Origin: Candidatus Auribacterota bacterium
GTDB taxonomy: Bacteria; Auribacterota; UBA6266
Direction of reading: 5' to 3'
DNA: 18,118 bases
Assembly: GCA_023136205.1 (NCBI GenBank)
Contig: JAGLRQ010000116.1
Span: forward strand, 1-18,118
Positions within the stretch are counted from its first letter, which is position 1, and each line of letters begins with the position of its first letter. The position numbers were made by a program, and so were the translations under genes. The notes below the pieces were generated by a model, which was not told where the DNA came from, did no database searches, and was given only the letters and a program-made list of their open reading frames with translations. Positions 13,690-18,118 of the stretch are shown piece by piece.

Positions 13690-15075
13690 ATGGCAAAAAC
13701 GAGAACGAGTGAAGTACAAAAAGAAGTTAAAAACGCGAACTCTGTAAAACCGCCTGTTGTAAGAGACGCAAAAATTGTTGACACAGGAACTAAAAATGAA
13801 GGGATTGCCGCGGTAATAGATGCGGATGTAAATATCGTGACTCTCCAAAAAATGACTGTTGCCCGGTTAAATGCTATTGCGAAACATTTGAAAATAGCGG
13901 CAACGGGGACGTTGAAAAAACCCCAGCTTATATTTGAGATATTAAAAGCAAAAGCGCGGGCCAACGGCCTTATGTTTGGTGAAGGTATCCTGGAAATTCT
14001 CCCGGACAGTTTCGGGTTTTTACGGTCTCCGAACTATAATTACCTTCCCTGTCCCGAAGATATATATGTTTCTCCTTCACAGATAAGAAGGTTCGATTTA
14101 CAGACCGGGGCCATGGTTTCAGGCCAGATACGGCCTCCAAAAGATAAGGAGAAATATTTTGCCCTTCTCAAGGTCGAAGCGGTCAATCATGAAGATCCGG
14201 ATAAAGCAAAGGACAAAATCCTTTTTGATAATCTTACGCCTTTGTATCCTCAGGAGAGATTTCTGATTGAAACCGAGCCGGACAGTATATCTATGAGAGT
14301 GATGGATCTATTGACGCCTATAGGCAAGGGCCAGAGAGGCCTTATTGTAGCACCTCCCAGGACCGGAAAGACAATGCTGCTTCAGGCTATCGCGAACGGT
14401 ATAACAAAGAATACCCCGGATGCGAAGCTTATAGTGATGCTTATAGATGAAAGGCCTGAAGAGGTGACGGATATGGAGAGGACTGTAAATGGGGAAGTTA
14501 TAAGTTCAACGTTTGATGAGCCGCCTGAAAGGCATATTCAGATAGCTGAAATTGTTATAGAAAAGGCCAAGAGGATGGTTGAGCATAAGGAGGATGTAGT
14601 CATTCTCCTGGATAGTCTTACCAGGCTGGCGCGCGCGTATAACACGGTTCAGCCTCACAGCGGAAGAATTCTTTCGGGCGGGCTTGATTCTACTGCTCTT
14701 CATAAACCCAAGAGATTTTTTGGCGCGGCGAGAAACATAGAAGAGGGAGGAAGCCTTACTATTATTGCTACAGCTCTTGTTGATACAGGGAGCAAGATGG
14801 ATGAGGTTATATTTGAAGAGTTTAAGGGAACCGGAAACATGGAACTTCATTTGGACAGAAGACTGGTTGATAAGAGGGTGTTTCCTGCTATAGACATTGA
14901 AAAATCCGGGACAAGGAAAGAGGAGCTTCTTTTTCACGCGGATGAGCTGAAGCGCATATGGCTCTTGAGAAAAGCCCTGCATGGAATGAATCCTGTTGAA
15001 TGCATGGAGCTTATAATAAACAAAATCAAAAAGACGAAGAGCAACGCGGAATTCCTGATGTCGATAAACGGCTGA
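13690..15075 (+). CDS. rho: Transcription termination factor Rho
   Basis: A strong SD (AAGGAGG, 13677-13683) lies 6 nt upstream. Similarity to E. coli Rho is near-collinear: [59 protein letters not shown] (Walker A), [54 protein letters not shown]. About 45-48 extra residues precede the Rho_N domain. Confidence 0.97.
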   Translation: MAKTRTSEVQKEVKNANSVKPPVVRDAKIVDTGTKNEGIAAVIDADVNIVTLQKMTVARLNAIAKHLKIAATGTLKKPQLIFEILKAKARANGLMFGEGILEILPDSFGFLRSPNYNYLPCPEDIYVSPSQIRRFDLQTGAMVSGQIRPPKDKEKYFALLKVEAVNHEDPDKAKDKILFDNLTPLYPQERFLIETEPDSISMRVMDLLTPIGKGQRGLIVAPPRTGKTMLLQAIANGITKNTPDAKLIVMLIDERPEEVTDMERTVNGEVISSTFDEPPERHIQIAEIVIEKAKRMVEHKEDVVILLDSLTRLARAYNTVQPHSGRILSGGLDSTALHKPKRFFGAARNIEEGGSLTIIATALVDTGSKMDEVIFEEFKGTGNMELHLDRRLVDKRVFPAIDIEKSGTRKEELLFHADELKRIWLLRKALHGMNPVECMELIINKIKKTKSNAEFLMSING

Positions 15076-15084
15076 TATTCCCGG

Positions 15085-15115
15085 TTGCATAAATTCTTGA
15101 CAGATAGAGTATAAT
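15085..15115 (+). promoter_or_regulatory. Candidate sigma70-type promoter for rpmE-prfA (TTGCAT-N19-TATAAT)
   Basis: A perfect TATAAT sits at 15110-15115 in the 105-nt rho-rpmE spacer. The only -35-like hexamer at usable spacing is TTGCAT (15085-15090), and its 19-nt spacer is longer than optimal. The perfect TTGACA at 15097-15102 is only 7 nt from the -10 and so is not a partner. Confidence 0.25.
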
Positions 15116-15180
15116 TACATTTTGAATTTATTAGTGGGATTTTTGTGAGATAATTTAATTAGCAGAGAGGAAAATATACA

Positions 15181-15393
15181 ATGAAAGATAAAATCCATCC
15201 AAAATACGCGGAATCTACTGTTACCTGTGCTTGTGGAGAGGTAATCCATACCCGTTCCACAAAGCCGGAGATTCATGTGGGCATTTGTTCAAAATGCCAT
15301 CCGTTTTTTACAGGTAAACAGAAGCTCGTGGACTCAGCGGGCCGTATAGAGAAGTTTATGAGGAAGTACGGCAAAAAGAAGGCCGGAGAGTAA
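15181..15393 (+). CDS. rpmE: 50S ribosomal protein L31, Zn-ribbon (Cys-containing) type
   Basis: The sequence [37 protein letters not shown] is nearly identical in pattern to E. coli L31, and all four Zn-ligand Cys are retained. A GAGAGGA SD lies about 9 nt upstream. Confidence 0.95.
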   Translation: MKDKIHPKYAESTVTCACGEVIHTRSTKPEIHVGICSKCHPFFTGKQKLVDSAGRIEKFMRKYGKKKAGE

Positions 15394-15396
15394 TCC

Positions 15397-16464
15397 GTGC
15401 TTAAGAATCTTAGTTTTTTTAAGCAAAAGCTTTCTGAGCTTGAGAAAAGTCTTGCTGACAATATTACGATCTTAAATCCTGAGAAATATAGGGAAACAGC
15501 AAAAGAACACGGCCGTATTTCTCAGATAGTTTCTATTGGGACAAAACTTGAAAAAGTTGTATCTGATTTGGATTCTGCGCGCAATATACTCAATTCCCAA
15601 ACCGAAGACGAGGAGCTTGTTTCTATAGCAAAGGAAGAAATTGCTGATCTTGAAGAGCAGAAAGCTCTTATTGAAAAGGAATACAAGATTCTCCTGATTC
15701 CCTCCGATAAAAATGACAGCAGGAATACAATAATTGAAGTGCGTGCCGGTACGGGCGGTGAGGAAGCATCGCTTTTCGCCGCTGATATAGCACGAATGTA
15801 TATCCGTTATGCTGAGCGGGTCGGATGGAAGGTTGAAATATTGAATTCGAATGAAACGGAGAAACACGGATTTAAAGAGATTATTTTTTCTCTGGAAGGG
15901 GAGAATGTTTACAAAAGAATAAAGTATGAGAGCGGTGTTCACAGGGTTCAGCGTGTTCCGGAAACAGAAGCAAGCGGCAGAATCCATACATCAGCAGTAA
16001 CGGTTGCTGTAATGCCCGAAGCTGAGGATATAGATGTGCAAATAAAACCTGAAGATTTGAGGATTGATACTTACCGGGCATCAGGCGCGGGCGGACAGCA
16101 CGTAAATAAAACCGATTCCGCTGTGAGGATAACACATATTCCGACGAATACGATAGTTGCCTGCCAGGACAATAAATCGCAGCATAAAAATAAAGCACAG
16201 GCGATGAAAGTTCTCAAGGCAAGAATTTATGAGAAAATTCAACAGGATGAAAATCGAAAACGTTCTACTCAAAGAAAAACAATGATTGGAACAGGAGATA
16301 GAAGCGCAAAGATTAGAACGTATAATTTCCCCCAGTCAAGAGTTACTGACCACAGGATTGGGCTCTCGCTTCACAATCTTGATGAAATAATGAACGGTAA
16401 TTTAGGGCCTTTACTGGATGCTCTTATTGAAAAAGACCATGAAGAGAAACTCAGGCTTCTGTAA
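15397..16464 (+). CDS. prfA: Peptide chain release factor 1
   Basis: The GTG start lies 3 nt after the rpmE stop, with GGAGAG 6 nt upstream. The P-x-T anticodon-mimic motif ([14 protein letters not shown]) and the GGQ motif ([22 protein letters not shown]) are present. There is no RF2-type SPF motif and no frameshift site. Confidence 0.97.
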   Translation: MLKNLSFFKQKLSELEKSLADNITILNPEKYRETAKEHGRISQIVSIGTKLEKVVSDLDSARNILNSQTEDEELVSIAKEEIADLEEQKALIEKEYKILLIPSDKNDSRNTIIEVRAGTGGEEASLFAADIARMYIRYAERVGWKVEILNSNETEKHGFKEIIFSLEGENVYKRIKYESGVHRVQRVPETEASGRIHTSAVTVAVMPEAEDIDVQIKPEDLRIDTYRASGAGGQHVNKTDSAVRITHIPTNTIVACQDNKSQHKNKAQAMKVLKARIYEKIQQDENRKRSTQRKTMIGTGDRSAKIRTYNFPQSRVTDHRIGLSLHNLDEIMNGNLGPLLDALIEKDHEEKLRLL

Positions 16465-16467
16465 ACC

Positions 16468-16687
16468 CAGATTTTGCCCATTGAAATGTAAAACATTTCC
16501 TGGACTTTAGTCCCTGAAATCGCATTTGCGATTTCTAGGGGCATCAGCAAAATCTGCCCGAAGGGCGAACCCAAGAAAATCCTGACGGGATTTTGTTGAA
16601 AAGGTTCGGGTAATCCCAAAATTTGTTTGTATTTTTTTGATGTCGGCTGTTATCATGCAACCCTTTGGATTGCAGAGGGCAAAATCC
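16468..16687 (+). other. Cluster of perfect hairpins and mutually exclusive long-range complementarities between prfA and prmC (candidate structured RNA, leader or operator)
   Basis: Hairpins: GAAATGT-aaa-ACATTTC (16483-16499). CCCT-GAAATCGCA-tt-TGCGATTTC-t-AGGG (16512-16540). GCCC-gaa-GGGC (16556-16566). AAAATCC-tgacg-GGATTTT (16576-16594). Long-range: CAGATTTTGC (16468-16477) pairs with GCAAAATCTG (16547-16556). Alternatively, GATTTTGCCC (16470-16479) pairs with GGGCAAAATC (16677-16686), which sits just 5' of the prmC SD. Confidence 0.4.
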
Positions 16688-16702
16688 GGAGTAAGGGATA
16701 AA

Positions 16703-17581
16703 ATGGGGAAATTTTCTTTTAGGCCTGATATCAGTTCAGCATTAAGATGGGCAGATGAACTTCTTGCAGGAAGTCAGATAGAAAATCATTTAAGTAAAGC
16801 TGAATGGCTTCTTGAATATATAACAGGGTTTGAAAGAGCACAGCTTTATCTTGAAAAAAATGATATCCTTAAGCCCGCGGAAGCGAAAAAATATTCTTCT
16901 CTTATCCTAAAGGCCTCTCAGGGTGTTCCTGTCCAGTATCTTTCGGGAGAAGTGTTTTTTTATGGAATAAAACTGGCTATTTCCATGCGTGTTTTTATTC
17001 CCAGGCCCGAAACCGAACTGCTGGTTGAAAAGGTCCTGGAAGTTTTAAAGAAAAAGAGAAGCCGGTCGGTAGTTTATGATTTGTGTTCGGGTTCGGGGGC
17101 AATTTCTGTTGCCATGGGCATTAATTCAGACAGCATTGTGTATGGAACCGATATTTCCAAAGAGGCAGTTAAATGCAGTCGATTGAACGCGGAAAAGCAT
17201 AATTTAAAACACAAAACTATATTTTATCAGGGTGACTTTTATAAACCGCTGATTGAAAATAAAGTACCGTACCCTGATGTTATTGTTTCAAATCCTCCGT
17301 ATATCGCGGAATCAAATCCAGAGGATGCGGATGCATTTGTTATCCGGTATGAGCCGAAAGGTGCTCTCTGGGGAGGGGAGGATGGTACCGATTTTTATCA
17401 CAGGATTTTCGGAGGAGCCGCGGGCCTCATCAGAAAAGATGGGGAAATACTCGTTGAGATAGGATATAATCAGGCACAAAAAGTTCTGAAAATCGCGGAG
17501 GAAAATGGATTTAAAAAGGCTGGTATTTATAAAGATTATTCAGGGAAGGACAGGATTGTGCACGTGAAAACAGAAGGATAA
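16703..17581 (+). CDS. prmC: Release factor glutamine N5-methyltransferase PrmC (HemK)
   Basis: The SAM-binding motif (VYDLCSGSGAISVAM), the NPPY catalytic motif (VSNPPYI) and FIPRPETE are present. I prefer the ATG at 16703 (AAGGGA/GGAG upstream, giving 293 aa) because the conserved N-domain starts right after it. The ORF stays open back to TTG 16637 / ATG 16640, so the start is uncertain. Confidence 0.88.
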   Translation: MGKFSFRPDISSALRWADELLAGSQIENHLSKAEWLLEYITGFERAQLYLEKNDILKPAEAKKYSSLILKASQGVPVQYLSGEVFFYGIKLAISMRVFIPRPETELLVEKVLEVLKKKRSRSVVYDLCSGSGAISVAMGINSDSIVYGTDISKEAVKCSRLNAEKHNLKHKTIFYQGDFYKPLIENKVPYPDVIVSNPPYIAESNPEDADAFVIRYEPKGALWGGEDGTDFYHRIFGGAAGLIRKDGEILVEIGYNQAQKVLKIAEENGFKKAGIYKDYSGKDRIVHVKTEG

Positions 17582-17586
17582 AGTAA

Positions 17587-18118
17587 ATGGACAAATTCAT
17601 TATCAGGGGGGGAGCCAGGTTAAAAGGTTCAGTGAAAATGAGCGGCTCAAAGAATGCCGCTTTACCCATAATGGCGGCTGTTATCCTTGCTGATTCTCCC
17701 TGTGAGATACTTGGTGTTCCTGACATTCGAGATATCAGGACGATGTCGGAAATATTAACTTCACTTGGAGCTGAAGTTAATATTTCGGGCAATACTGTTA
17801 AAATAGATCCTTCGAGAATAAATAAGTTTGAGTCTCCGTATACGCTTGTGAAGAAAATGAGGGCGTCCATTGCGGTTCTGGGGCCCCTTCTTGGCAAATT
17901 CGGCAAGGCGCGGGTTTCATTCCCGGGCGGTTGTGTTATAGGTTCGCGGCCGGTTGACCTTCACCTGAAAGGATTATCTGAGATGGGTGCGGATATAAAA
18001 ATAGAGCACGGATATATTTGTGCTGACGCCGGGAAATTGAAGGGTTGCGAGATTTTTTTAGGAGGATATTTCGGTTCAAGTGTTCTGGCAACCGCGAATG
18101 TTATGATGGCAGCAGTTA
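17587..18118 (+). CDS. murA: UDP-N-acetylglucosamine 1-carboxyvinyltransferase MurA (3' partial, runs off the window)
   Basis: This ORF is absent from the ORF track because the window contains no stop for it. Translation from the ATG at 17587 gives MDKFIIRGGARLKGSVKMSGSKNAALPIMAAVILA...MRASIAVLGPLLGKFGKARVSFPGGCVIGSRPVDLHLKGL. That includes the active-site Cys in the PGGC.IG.RPVD.H motif. A GAAGGA SD lies upstream. Confidence 0.95.
   Translation, partial: MDKFIIRGGARLKGSVKMSGSKNAALPIMAAVILADSPCEILGVPDIRDIRTMSEILTSLGAEVNISGNTVKIDPSRINKFESPYTLVKKMRASIAVLGPLLGKFGKARVSFPGGCVIGSRPVDLHLKGLSEMGADIKIEHGYICADAGKLKGCEIFLGGYFGSSVLATANVMMAAV

Noticed and set aside
15097-15115. Perfect TTGACA plus perfect TATAAT, which looks like a consensus promoter
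   Set aside because: The two hexamers are only 7 nt apart, which is incompatible with sigma70 spacing of 16-18 nt. Only the weaker TTGCAT-N19-TATAAT combination is reported, at low confidence.
15397-16464. Possible RF2-type programmed +1 frameshift
   Set aside because: The ORF is uninterrupted, the tripeptide motif is P-E-T (RF1 type) rather than SPF, and there is no internal in-frame stop with an upstream SD.
16601-16616. tRNA T-arm-like GGTTCGGGTAATCC
   Set aside because: No acceptor stem, D-arm or anticodon arm can be drawn around it, and the T-loop consensus is interrupted.
16637-16702. TTG/ATG starts at 16637/16640 for prmC
   Set aside because: The extra 22 residues (MMSAVIMQPFGLQRAKSGVRDK) have no counterpart at the PrmC N-terminus. 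They overlap sequence that takes part in the spacer's complementarities. The ATG at 16703 has an SD. The upstream starts are not fully excluded.
1-18118. Search for a CRISPR array, mobile element or genomic-island hallmarks
   Set aside because: There are no arrays of regularly spaced repeats, no transposase, integrase or recombinase ORFs, and no tRNA gene boundary. All genes are co-directional, and the pilus module abuts core housekeeping genes, so it appears to be chromosomal core rather than an island.

Overview
AT-rich bacterial window with 13 genes, all on the + strand, and no transposase, integrase, CRISPR array, tRNA or rRNA. It has two parts. (1) nt 1-8143 is a non-canonical type IV pilus (T4P) / type II secretion-like envelope module. 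It starts with a PilM C-terminus fused in frame to PilN, which is a GspL-like architecture. A PilO-like bitopic protein follows. Next is a 535-aa membrane-anchored protein in the pilP position. It carries a thrombospondin-type-3-like acidic Ca-binding motif, three tandem ComEA-like helix-hairpin-helix modules and a PilP/GspC-HR-like C-terminal beta domain. The module ends with two tandem paralogous secretins, each with three TPR-like units fused to its N-terminus instead of AMIN domains. (2) nt 8226-18118 is a housekeeping block: polA, an STT3/PglB/AglB-like GT-C membrane protein with WWDYG replaced and a C-terminal TPR, then coaE, rho, rpmE, prfA, prmC and murA (3' partial). polA has intact 5' nuclease and polymerase motifs but degenerate 3'-5' exonuclease motifs. 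The most interesting hypothesis is a pilus or DNA-uptake machine that is wired differently from known ones. Its DNA-binding-type HhH modules sit on the PilP-like adaptor beneath a dual secretin with a built-in, pilotin-like TPR. Secondary curiosities are the WWDYG-less STT3 homologue, a palindrome-rich 238-nt spacer that splits the normally tight prfA-prmC pair, and an inverted-repeat-bounded element in the polA-downstream spacer. The lineage cannot be determined from the sequence alone. The K/E/I-rich proteome and the architecture suggest an uncultivated, possibly PVC/Omnitrophota-like organism, but that is a guess. All functional calls rest on motif recognition by eye, and no database search was run.
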